Of a stretch of 64,000 bases of DNA, positions 44,765 to 57,812 are shown one piece after another. Position numbers and translations under genes: made by a program. Position 1 is the stretch's first letter. Each line of letters opens with the position of its first letter. Source of the stretch: the human T2T-CHM13v2.0 reference genome, Homo sapiens; NCBI RefSeq assembly GCF_009914755.1, contig NC_060945.1; one strand, given 5' to 3'. The notes below the pieces were generated by a model, which was not told the DNA's origin, searched no databases, and saw only the letters and a list, made by a program, of their open reading frames with translations.

Positions 44765-45534
44765 AAAAATAATATTATTTTTGAATTGGTAATCAGTGCA
44801 CAGGAATCAAAAGTCAAAAACACTCTACAAAAGTATTCACAGAGTTGAATCATTCCCACCCTCACACTTTCCCCTACATAACCATTTAGATCAATTTCTT
44901 GTTTACTCTTTCAGTGTTTCTTTAAGTAAATATAAGCAGTTCTTTTTTTGTTATTTTCGCAGCATTGAGCCGCCAGCCAACTCTGGCCAGTGGTGCCCTG
45001 TAGCCTTTCTGGGAATGTGGGAAAGGAAAGAAGAGAAAGCCTTGAGCAACACTGGCTGGTCGCATGGTACCAGTAGTACTCCCCCACATGCTGTGACAAC
45101 CAAAAATGTCTCCAGACATTGGCACATTGCCCCTGGTTGAGAATTGCTGGTGGAAAAAAATCACAGCCCCGCAGTTGGTCAGGCCCTTTTCAGACAACAC
45201 CCCCCACTCCATTACTCTTTGATGTTGAGCCCAGCACAATTTTCAGGTCCTGGACTCCCAAGGTTGGAGCCTCCACTTTTCAGGAAGCGGTTGCATTCGA
45301 TTTCAGGAAGCGGTTGCATTAGATTTGTAGAGAGTGGGGGCCAAGGCATCATCCAGGCCACCTTCATCCCCTGGGACTGCTACTGCATCCTCCTAACTCA
45401 TCTCCTGCGTGTTCTACATGCACAGCGGTCCATACCACCCCACAGTGGGCAGCCCCTTGGGGTGCCTTAATGCTCTTCGGATAAAGCCCAGACTTTCTGA
45501 TGGGGCTTGTGGGGCCCTTCAAAGTGCAGTCCTT

Positions 45535-45840
45535 GGCTGGGTGTGTAGCTCATGCCTATAATCCCAATACCTTGGGAGGCTGAGGTGGGAGGATCATTTG
45601 AGGCCAGGAGTTCGAGACCAGCGTGGGCAACACAGTGAGACCCCATTTCTACAAATAATAGAAAATAAAAAATTAGCCAAGAGTGGTGGCTTGTGCCTCT
45701 AGTCCCAGCTACTCGGGAGGCTAAGGCAGGAAGATTGCTTGAACCCAGGAGTGCAAGACTTTAGTGAGCCATGATTGCACCACTGTACCTCCAACCTGGT
45801 CAAGAGAGTGAGACCCTGTCTCTAAAAATGAAAGAAATTT
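45535..45840 (+). mobile_element. AluJ
   Basis: J-type motifs ggaggatcatttgaggcc, gggcaacacagtgagaccc. Confidence 0.82.
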
Positions 45841-48800
45841 AAAAGGTAAGAACCAAGGGAAGTCCTTGCCTGCCTCTCCAGGCCTCTCAGTTGCCTGCTG
45901 TCCCTGTTCACACTTGGCTCCATCCTCACTGAGACAACTTTTTTCCCTGGCATACTCCTTGCTCTGGGTTTTTCCCATGCCCTTTCCTTGCCTGGAATGC
46001 CATCTCCCACCTTTTTCCTGGCCAGCAAAACCTCTATTCATCCTTCAGGTGTACCTCAGAGCTGACCAACCCTCCCCACATCTACCTGGCCTGGCCCTGG
46101 GTCCCAGTTGGGCACTCCTCCTAAATACTCCTAGATATGCAGAACATTTACTTCCTCATGTTGTCATTGTTTGTCTAATTGTCTGAAGCCCCCCAGGAAT
46201 GTGGCTGCACAAGGACATAGACTAGATGGCCTTGTGACCCCTGTGTCCCTGGCCCCAGCACAGTGGCTGGCAACCAGCAGGTCCCAGTGCATGACTGCTA
46301 AATGCATGCACACATGGCACAATGCTTGCAACCAGGCACATGCTTCCCCAGCCTTAGGAAGGGTTACGTTCATGGGGTTAGGTTCACAGACGCTGGAGCC
46401 AGGCTGTCTGGGTACACTCTGCACTGTGGGGCTCTACCACTTCCCGACGGTGTGCCCTTGGGCAAATTGCTTACCTTCTCTATCCCACATCTTTACATCG
46501 TTAGCATTTACGTCAAGGATTATATTAATCATATGAGCTAATGTATGTTATGTGTTTATAGTAGTGCCTGGCATATCGTCAGCACCATAAAAGAGTTTGC
46601 TGTTCTAGCTTCAAAACTCTTCATAGAACTTACACTCGGTAACAGGATAAGAATTTTGATTTCAGGAGGGATGGCAGGTGATGGGATGATGAAGGGAGGG
46701 AGACTGGGCAGATTGGAGGGAGACTGGGCAGATTGGGAGTTCCTCATGTGTAAGAGGAAACCAAGAGCCTGCAATTCTCAAGTATAACATTACGCCCTCA
46801 GAGAAGTGGGTGGGAAGATTCCAGAGACTTGCTCATTTTACAAACATTTATGGTAGATTGATTTGGGGTCCAAGAAAGGAGAATGAAACTCTCTTTTTTC
46901 CATCCTCTCCTTTCGGCCCTCTCTTCCCAGGACTCACATGAATGAACGTCTCTGGACACCTAATCACCATTTATCAATCTCACTTCTATGAGAAAAACAC
47001 ATTTCAAGTACCTACCCTCCAGCTTGTCAACAAATTCATTAAAAAAGAAGGGAACATCAGTTATATAAAGCCATGGTGTTTTTGCCTTACTCTCAAGCTT
47101 TTGGATGAAATGGAAAAGTTAAATCCGCCCGGGAGGCATTTCTAACTCTCCACATTTAGCCACGGAATAGTTAGACTAATACCTGAATTCTCCATTTACA
47201 TTTTCAGCTTGCATTCACAGATCTGGAGTCATAGAGAAATTACTGGTGTGGTGTCAAGTCTAAGTTTTAATGCCTTGAGGGGAAGCAACTTCACAATTCT
47301 GAACAAGGTTATCATGAGTGGAGGAGAAACATTCTCCTGGTTCTTGAGCCGGAGTTCATGAGCTCACACTTTGGCAGATCTCATCACTGATCATTTGAGC
47401 TCACACAGCTCCAAATACAATGGAAACCACTGGGTTATTTGTCAGCTGTTGAGTTCATTTGGTTGTTTAAACAATGCAATCATGCCAGTGGAGTGGGGGC
47501 AGGCAGACAGCAAACACTGGCTCCGTGCAAACCTGTGCTCCGTGCCCCGAACAAGGCAAGGGCAATGTTGGCCTGATGTAAGGGTTCTGCTGGGCACCTG
47601 CTGTCTCAGACACCTCGGTTGAACTCCTAGCTCTGCTGCTTTCCAGAGTTATTTGATGCTGCAGAACGTCAGTCTGCTTATCTGTAAAATGGGCATAGTG
47701 ATTTTAATTACCTCACAGAGGCCTAAAAGGGAGGAGTGATATAATCCACAGGAAGAGCTCAGCATATTAAATAATCATGACCCACTAGCTATGACTGCTA
47801 CTGTCTCTGGGGGTTCAAGAGCAGACAGTAGAATCATACCAGGGGAGAGACCTGACTAGTATGAGCCCCTTGTTGGGCTTTTGGACTTTGAAACAGGGTG
47901 AGGAATGAAGCAGAGAGAGGGATGATAAATTGCTTTGCACAATAAATGAAGAGGGATTTGGGGGTTGCAAGCGGGCAAGCTGAGAGAGGATTCGGGATGA
48001 CATGGGCAGGGACCAGCCCCCAACCCGCTGCCCATCACTGGCCCCAAACCTTGAGTGAGCATCTCCCATAGCAAGGAGCTGTGGATCCTAGTTTTCCAGG
48101 ATAGCCTCATGGTTTGCACCTGTGGCCCCAGAGTAATCACTTTCACTTTCAGAAGTGTTTGGGTTTGGCTATAAATTACGTCCTAACTATGTCCAACTGC
48201 CTTCTGGGAGGTGGTATGTTAGAAAAACCACAGAAAAGAGGCTGCATTCACCTGGGCTAAGACAAGGAGGAGCGAAGAGAGTAGCAGGTGGAGGTAGGGT
48301 TGAGATGGGGCAGATGCAGGTGGTTAGAGCAGAGGGAGCCAGGTGAGACTGAGAGAGAGCTAGAAGATGAGGAATACTCAGGTAACTAGCATATGGATTA
48401 CATTTAGAGTATTTTAAGATACAATTCACATATATTGAAACACAAAAATTTTATAAGCCCCCAAAGTCCCCTGTCCCTCTTTGTTGGCAATCCTTGTTCC
48501 CCGCTTTCTACCCTTGGCCAACCAATGATGGTTTAGACTTGGAAATAGTGTCTTATAAGTGGAATCACATGGTATGCAGCCTTTTGAGTCTGCCTTTTTC
48601 TACTTTTCATAAATGCACTTGTAGTTGATCTGTCTTGTTGCAAGTATCTGTAGCTTATTCTTTTTTAATACTGAAACATCTGTTTATCCATTCCCCAGTT
48701 CTAAGACTTTTAGGTTGTTTTCATTAATTGTCTTATTTTGGCAAATCAGTTCACCTGTGTAACCTGCAGTCCTCTCAAGAGAAATGTAGGTTTCACGTAA

Positions 48801-50767
48801 TGTACCACAGAGAAACAAATTCTAGTTTAAGGGTTCTTAACTTCATCTGATTTATGAGCCCTTTGCTAGTCTGGGAAACCCTTCTTTGAATAATGTTTTC
48901 AATGCAAAAATCAAAATGCATAGGATCTCAAGGGAAGCCAATTATATGGATACATAGTTATCAAATATTAAGAAATATGTGATACAGACACATAAGGTGT
49001 TTCTTTATGATTACAATAAATAAGATCAAGAGGCAGGTCTAATAACTACAGAAATTTCCAAGTAGTGATGAGTGTAAATAATATTTTGAGATGACTAACA
49101 TCTGTAATAAGTTATAAAAAATCTATGATTCTTCTTGGGGACAAAGTCACAAGTACAATTATTATTATTACCTTTTATTTCCTATATTCATAAAGAAAGG
49201 AAATGATAAATTTCAGTTTGAGGTTGGTAAACATAAAAATATGATTTTTCCTTATGAACTTTTTGAATTCTGTTTATGTATCTTTTGGGGACTTTGATCA
49301 TGCCACCTTAGAATTAGATGATCCAGCTCATTTTGTTGCTACAACTTTAGAGGGAAGCGGGGGGACTCCTTTTTGCTGACTCCCATTCTGCAGACATAGA
49401 AGTCTTTTCTCTGCAGACTCGCATCTGTGGATTAGTGCATAACCCACCTATTTCAAGCAGCTACATAGTCTCTACTTGTTACTGTGACTCCAGAAACTTC
49501 TCAGTTTACAACAGTCTAACAATTATGCCTTCAAATCTGATGCAAGAGAACTTGAACAAAGCCCCCAAAGTCCTCTGATAGGTGAAACGTCCAATCTTAT
49601 CTCTACTGAGGAGAGCTGCCACCTGAATTTATAGCAGTGTACACTCACTTAAAGCAAAAGTGAAAAAAATACAAAGAAGAGTTTAGCTAGGCATAGAAAA
49701 AATGCAATGGGTATTTTGTGAGTTCTGAGTTTCTCTTGAAATGTGAGCCAATTTGATTCTGGGAAAATTCAACTTCCTTGTTTGAAGACAGCTTATGAAA
49801 TGGCTTTTGAGTTTTATGTATACCAAATGCTTCTGCACTCACCCAACAGGATTTTTTCAGGTGTAATGCATATACATGCACCAGAGAGTTACAGACTAGC
49901 AATGCCCTAAAACCACTTACAAGGATAAATAAATATGTCCAAAAAAATCAAATCTTCACAAAATATGGTTATTTTGAAGTATATCTCATCTCCCATTTTC
50001 TCACTCCACAAAAAAATCTAGGACCTTCCTCACTTCCTATCACGTGCCCAACTTACTTTTAGACGTACCAAGTTCCATATGGTCAGAATGTACCTAAATT
50101 ACATTCACTCACCAGAGCTCTCACATGGGGTAACTTCAAATAATTGTCAAAGATTCTCTACAAGAAAAATAGATTCCCACTTGGTCTTAGATGCCTTAAA
50201 ATTTTTAATGAGTGCAAAGCTTTTATTTCTCAAAGAGAGATAGGATTTAAAGTATCTCTTTTATTTCTCAAAGGGATAGGATTTTTGGGGTGATTGCTCA
50301 CTGACCTAGGTTCACTTGAAGGTATAGATGTTTGGTCCGTAGAGCAGTATTCCCAAACCTGAAAGAACAGGAGGCATTACTACAGAACCTACAGAACAGA
50401 CAACAGGGTCCTGCATCTGAGCAACTGGATAAATCATTTCTGAAAATAAGGCCTAGGAATCTTTCATTCAGACACACTTTCCTATCAATTCTGATGCACA
50501 GCTGTTTGGGCATCACTGCCTTTGAGCACTAAAAATCTAATGAAAAATATTTTACCTTTGTGTGTTCACAGTGTATGAACTTTGTTCACACAGATTCTTA
50601 CTTGGTCCCAAATAAACTTGTAAGGTATGTAGGGAAGAGATCACTTTCCAATAGTACAGGTTGGGAAACCAAGAATTAGAGGTGTTATGGGACTCATCCA
50701 AAGACATCTAGAGACTGAAAACAAAGAAAAGAGGGAGAAAAAAGTGCTGGTCTGCCCTTGATTTACC

Positions 50768-51057
50768 TTTTTTTGTGTATGTGTGAGGCAGATCTTTCTC
50801 TGCCTTCCAGGCTGGAATGCAGTGGTACAATCTTGGCTCACTGCACTTGAATCCTGGGTTCAAGTGATCCTTCCACCTCAGCCTCCTGAGTAGCTGAGAC
50901 TACAGGTGCCTGTCACCAAGTCCAGCTAATTTTTGTAAATTTTATAGAGATGAGGTTTTGCCATGTTAACAAGGCTGGTCTCGACCTCCTGGGCTCCAAC
51001 AATCCTCCCGCCTTGGCCTCCCAAACTGCTGGGATTACAGGCGTGAGTCACCACTGG
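50768..51057 (-). mobile_element. AluJ
   Basis: Diverged antisense Alu. Confidence 0.8.
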
Positions 51058-52740
51058 CTCCTAGGTTTATCTTAAAATTTTGTATAAAGGCAATCCCACA
51101 TGTTAATAAGAGATTGTTACTAAATGCCACAAGTGTCATCTGTGAAATTCAAGGACTTAAATAAAAAGCGGAGTTGTTAAAAAGCTGTTTTTTATTTACA
51201 AATGTAGTCAAGAACCTTCCAAAGAGGTGTTATGCTGGATGGTAAGCAAGTATTTCTTTCTGATTTTTCCTTTGTTGAAAGGAGCTGCCATCTACGACTC
51301 AGCAGAGGAAGGGCTGGTTGGCCCTCTTCTGAGGCTATCTTGGGCTCACTGAGAGACAGGCTCACAAATGGGGTTGCCCTAGGGTACTGGGTCAGGATAG
51401 AATAGGAGTGTTTTTGTTCTGAGGGTTAAAAAGAAGCTAGCCCACATCTAGGAGTGGCAATGGGGTGTGTTGCTGCTGGACTGTGCCCTAATGTCAGGCT
51501 CTTGGGGCCAGCTTGGGCTCCAGGAAGGGCTGGGTGTGTAAACGCATGGAAGGATTCCATGAGAACTGTGATGTGGGGGACACCTGGAGGGAACTGGAGT
51601 CAAAGAAAGAGTCATCTCCCCTCTAAGTTTTAGCCTCTGTGGGACTGAGAGCAGGTCTCTCTGTTGAGGGGAGAAGTGTCCCCTGTTTTGAGTATCAGCA
51701 TTGGGTGGAGGTGGGAAACCAGAGCAGGTTCTCCCTGAGGAAACTCCTGGGGTTCGGGCAAATCAAAAGAAGGGAGACCCAAGAGGAAGATATGCAAATG
51801 AGTCCCTGGAAAGGAAAAGGAGGCGGTTGCATTTAATTCTTGACTTTATAGATAGTTCACAAGCTAAGTTTCTAGCTCACCTCCACCTGGGTGTGAATTA
51901 CAGAAGAACTTGCCAGTAAATACGTATTTGATGGCTGGTTAAGAAATTGCATTGGCTGTGCAAACAATCCTAAAACATCTGGTCAGTTTAGACAGAAAAT
52001 CAAGTCAACTCAGTCAAAATATTATTCATTCATATAACAGATGATTATTGAGAGCTTCCTATTCACCCAGCACTGACTCAGGTGCTGAGGAAACAGCAGT
52101 GAACAAAAGCCAGGTTCCCTGCCATACTGGAGCTTCCTGTCTTGTGAGGGAGACAGTCAACAAATAGAACCCTGAGCAGGATGAAAAGATGGAGAGCGAG
52201 CGGAGTGCTTCACATAGTACATCAGGGAGGGCAGCCTTGAGGAGGTGACCTTAGCAAGGGAGCTAGGTGAAGTCATAACGTGAGTTCTGCGGAGACAGGG
52301 GTAGAGTGCTCCAGGCAGGAGCTCGTTCAGATTGAGTGCAGCACAGTGATGGGGAAAAATGAGGCAGGAGACAGAGGTCAGAGAGGGGAGGGGAGATGAT
52401 GCCCAGTTATGGAGACTTTCAGAGCCCCGGGAGATTTTCAGATTTGGTTCTAAGTGTAAATTGAAGCCACTGGAGGATTTCAGCAGAGCAGGGACATTAT
52501 CCGTTATCCATCCTATTATTACGACAGCTCAGGTTGTTGGGTTGAGAACAGGCCCTAGAGACAAGCATGGAGCAGGGAGAAGAGCTAAGATGCTATTGCA
52601 GTGATCCAGGCCACAGATGAAGGTGGTCCAGGCCAGAGATGAAAGTGGACCAGGCCAGAGCTGAAGCTTGGACCACCATTGACAAAGGTGAATCCAGCTC
52701 ATTCCTTCAGCTGGTGTGTAGACAATAAAGTCCCATGAGG

Positions 52741-52989
52741 GGTCAGGTGCAGTGACTCATACCTGTAATCCCAGCACTTTGGGAGTCTGAGGTGGGCAGA
52801 TCACTTGAGGTCAGGAGTTTGAGACCAGCCTGGCCAACATAAGGAAACTCCGTCTCTACTAAAAATACAAAAATTAGCCGGGTGTGGTGGTGTGCACCTG
52901 TAATCCCAGCTACTTGGGAGGCTGAGCAGGAGAATTGCTTGAACCTAGGAGGTGGAGGTTGCAGTGAGCCGAATTGCGCCACTGCACTT
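52741..52989 (+). mobile_element. AluS, 3'-truncated (no tail)
   Basis: Alu sequence ends abruptly at gccactgcact. Confidence 0.85.
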
Positions 52990-53869
52990 TGAAGCCTATT
53001 CAAAAGAACAAAATTTAGCCCCAGCGTTTGGGAGGCTGGCAGGGGCAGGAGTGAGCCTGCTGGATGGTGCTGTGGCACAGAGAGGCAGGTGGCTTCCCAA
53101 AATACGGTTCTACATGGAAATGGAGTGCAAAGTCTTACGTCATGACTGCGAGGAATTATTACTAAGATTGTTATTTTACTCAAGGCCCAAAAGTGATCAA
53201 GCTGCCCTAGTCGGAAACATTTTAGAAAATGTTGTATTAAAGAGTCAGTTTTTCACAATTCTTTTGTAACTTAATCCAGTTCAACTTCTGTCCTTTCACT
53301 CTGTGGCAACCCCTGTCCCCACTCCAGGACAACAACTACCTCCCAGGGTTGTGAAGAGTGTTAAATCACTTAAAATAAGATCTGATGTGTAAAGAGCCCT
53401 CTTTACAGAGGTAAAATGCAAGACATTTTATTTACAGGAGGGAGCTAGATGGAACAATCTTCAAAGTCTTTCAAGATTTAATACTCTAAAAGAGTGTGAG
53501 ATATTTACTGAGGACTTGCTGTATGGATGGCATGTGCTTGTCTGGCAGACCACATCTGGTTGGCAGGTGAAGGGTGAAAGTTCAAATGCTATCTCTGGGG
53601 ACAAGGGATCTGGGAACAATCCCAGCACTTGGATGCACAGCTGCTCCCTCTGGTTCGCTTTCTCCCGTCTTTGCATCTATTCATTGCCTTTTCTTCTGTT
53701 GGACTCTATTAACAAGGATTCAGCTTCCTGCCATTCCCCTAGAAACCAACTTTAAAGGAAAAAAAAAACAGCTTTAATCTTGTTTTTGGCAATCACGCTT
53801 GAAACAGAGAAATGAAAAATAATTAAAATCCTAATTTAAACTGCAGTAAAGGGAATATGAAGAGAATAA

Positions 53870-54226
<357 letters not shown>

Positions 54227-55587
54227 TGATGTCTTTTTTTTGCAAGATTGATAATTATATAATACATAGTTATACATAGTTTATTTAAATTAAGTTATTC
54301 TACTTGAAGTATTCACATTTTGGGGTTTTGTCCCAATAATATGATGCCAATTCATTAATATAATAAAACCAAATATCTATGTTGTTTTTCCCTAACATGC
54401 ATAATCATCAATTTGCTTTTGAAATTTTCCTTCATTGTTATCGACTACGTGCCAGGCATATCAGGCTTTTTCTTTTCTTCCCTCCCTCTTTCCCTCCCTC
54501 CTTTTCTTCCTCACTTCCTTTTTTCTTTCTTTCAATCAATAAGTCATTTTTTGTTCATTTGAAATTAGAAAATATACCATATTGATAACTAAAACTTAAG
54601 ACTTCAAGTATTATTTTTGCTTTCAATTTAAGCATTTTGTTTTTATGAAGACAACTGTTTAAGCCCCTCTATTTTGCTGTTTCTAATGTATTCTGGATTA
54701 AGAAACCAGATAACAGGTTAGAATGAATTTAGAATAAAGTTATAGCCTCCAAATGAGAGTCCAGGTTGTTCATCTTTGAAGAAAACATTCACACTTTTAT
54801 TTAAGATTCACACTTTTATTTAAGAGGCAAACTCTATTACATAGTTTTTGCTTTGGGAGATCTTTTTTGCTTACTCTTTGATTTTGGGCTTTATTCCACT
54901 CTGATTAGTGACTTCTAAATATGTGAGATGTTAGGTCATAGGATACAGAATTCAAGTGATAAAAGAATCCCAAGACCATCTGATCCAAGGTCTGCATCCA
55001 GAGTGGTACCCCATCAAGTGAAAGGGATTATCCAAAAGCACAGAACTCGTGGAGTCAAACACATATGTCTCCAAGGGGAATATGCAGCAAAGCCAAGTCT
55101 CTCACTACTGGCAGACCACCCTTCTTAGCCCTTATCTCTTTCTGGTCCACCTGGATTGAACTCAACCAAATTAAAAAGAAAAACTCAAATGTTAGTAAGA
55201 TACTCTACAATAGAATCATAAGCTAAATGATTTCATTTTATGTGTGCTGCATAAACACATTTTCAAACACTCAATTCCAAGTTTTTAAGAAATATAGTTC
55301 AAATTACGAGTAGTAAAAATAATTTTACAAAGTGTGGTCTTGACATATTTTGGCTTATAGGGTGTAGTTAGGGAACTTCAAAATAAATCTGCAATTTAAA
55401 CTATTGGTGAAGCATGGCATGAGACATCAGCATGAAACTACCAGAAACTCAAGAGTTTAGTCAACTTTTTCCATTCTGCAGAGTTACACAACAGGGCAGG
55501 AACCTTGGATTGTTTATGATTATTTCTCCAACACCAGTGAGTCTGTGTCACAAGAAAGGTCCTCAGAAAAAGTTCATGAAATGATAA

Positions 55588-55726
55588 ATGGATGTATGGG
55601 TGGATGGATGGATGGATGGATGGATGGGTGAATGTGTGGATGGGTGATGGATGGATGATGGATGAATGGATGATGGATGAATGGTTGGGTGGATGGGTGG
55701 ATGGATGGGTGGATAATGGATGGATA
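55588..55726 (+). repeat. (TGGA)n / (GGAT)n imperfect microsatellite
   Basis: Directly visible tandem tggatggatgg repeats. Confidence 0.92.
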
Positions 55727-56654
55727 GCTCTTCTCAGTTTTGTGAATAGTATAGAAATAGTCTTTCTAGATCATAATTTTATGACTATATCATATAGAGA
55801 TGCCGACTTAATTTTGAGATACGCTACACGTTTTTTCCATGGATCTGTAGTCACAGGTAGAATGGTAAAAGCAAAAGATTGTAAAGTATCACAATGGCCA
55901 GCTTGCACATCTCTTGGCCATTCACAACTTACCTATCTCCTGGCAGATGAGGGATGTTTTCTGGATATATGGGAACCAGACACACTCTGGTGACATCCTT
56001 TCTCTTTAGCCTTATTTATCTGTTTTTTTCCCCCTAGTGTTTCCTGTAAGACATTGAAGTTTAGGAAATTGAATTATCTAAACTGTTATATGCCAGTAGG
56101 TGCTCAGGGCAGTGGATGTTGGCTTTTTTACAAAAGTCAGTCAAAGGATAACTATTTCATATTAATGTCATGTATTATAGAAGGATGAGGTCAATTTCAG
56201 TATCTGGCAGTGAAAAACAATAGGATCAGCCATCACCTGCAGGCAAATTAATAATTTTACTTGGCAATTGTGCATAAATTTCATGGCTGGCAAAACACTT
56301 TCACATCTTATATGTTTCAATGCTCGGAAGAACTCAATGCAGTAGTCTTATAACCAACAAGTAGCTTGCCCAAAATAACACAGCTGGTAAGCAGCGTAAC
56401 TGGGATTTAAACCCAGATTTCTAGATGCAAATCACATAATCTCTCCATCATCCCAAGGGGTCTCTCGTCAGGATTCATTGGTAATCGTAGGGAGATTTTG
56501 TAGGGATGATGGGTCCTCTCCACATAAACTATATTCCCTTATCTACACCTTCAAAGTTCCTGGTAGAGTCAACACATTGGATTAAGGCTTTTTCCATGGA
56601 ATACACTATAATAAGGGGGCTGGAGCGAGGCTGACCTTCCTCTAACACAACGAT

Positions 56655-56840
56655 TAACAATTTTGGCTGGTTGATTCTTTGTTGAGGGGCTGTCTGTGCA
56701 TTGTAGGATGTTTTACAACTTACCTGGCCTCTACCTACCAGACGCCAGTAGCATCCTCCAATCATGGAAACTAAAACATGTGCCCAGACATTGCCAGATG
56801 ATCCATGGAGGGCAAAATCACCCCTTGTTGAAAGCCACTT
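56655..56840. mobile_element. MER20-like hAT MITE
   Basis: cctggcctctacctaccagacgccagtagca...ccagacattgcca...ggcaaaatcacccc...gttgaaagccact. Confidence 0.7.
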
Positions 56841-57812
56841 CTCAAACCCATGACCACAGATCTGTTTCATCAGGTCAACATCCTTCACCATAAATTTCAG
56901 GGATCTGGAGGAGTGGAGGGTGGAGACTATAAGCTTGAGGTTTAAAATAGTTAATGAGACCTCAAGTTTTAAAAACTTGTAGAGAGCAAATACAGAGGAT
57001 TGAACAGTTTAGAAAAACACCACAATGCTAAGCAAATATCTTACAGATAGAGGTGAACAGTATAAAATGGAATTCCTGTCTTAAATTTTAGTATTGTTTC
57101 TATCTCCAGTAGTATCATTACTGTTGCTCCTGGCATCAGAAGTGAAGGTAATATGAGAATCAGAGGTTCAAACTGCAGTCTCCAGGAGTCCAGAAGCCAG
57201 CCTGATTCAAGGGTTACATACCCTTCCACACTTACCTTGGGGCTGACTAGGGAGCCATATTCTATCTGAGGCCTAGGATACTCCTATGTCTTTCCCTTTC
57301 ATATTATAGCATACTTTTCTAGAAGGGCTTTTGGCAAGTGGTCAGCAATAAAATCATGGAGGAATCTCATCTTTCTCTTCTTCCTCCTCTTCCTTTATTT
57401 TTTCAATAGTTGGACATGTTTGTTCAAAATCTAGTTTGTTTTGAGAACAGTGCAAGATCACATGGAACATAAAAAAGAAAACAAAAAATTCTTACTAACT
57501 AGATGAGTTCATGGTAAAGTGATTATATAATTCATTGTTCAAACTAGAGCATTTTTGAGAGTGACAGGGGGTGCTCTTACAATCACGCTTTTGAGACAAC
57601 AGGCATGATTTCTGGGACTGTCACTGGCTAAGTTGGACAAAGTGTTCCCCCTAGTTCTCCATGACTCTTTCAGCTCTTATTACACACTCCTGTCAAGATG
57701 TGACGGCTCTGTTCTCTGGGACAATACTAATAATGGGGTCATAATGTTAGCAATAACAAATGCTGTGCTAAGTTTGATACATATGTTATATCCAATTTAA
57801 AACTCACAGAAG

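Noticed and set aside
55592-55993. 133-aa ORF rich in WMDG
   Set aside because: Translation of the (TGGA)n microsatellite.
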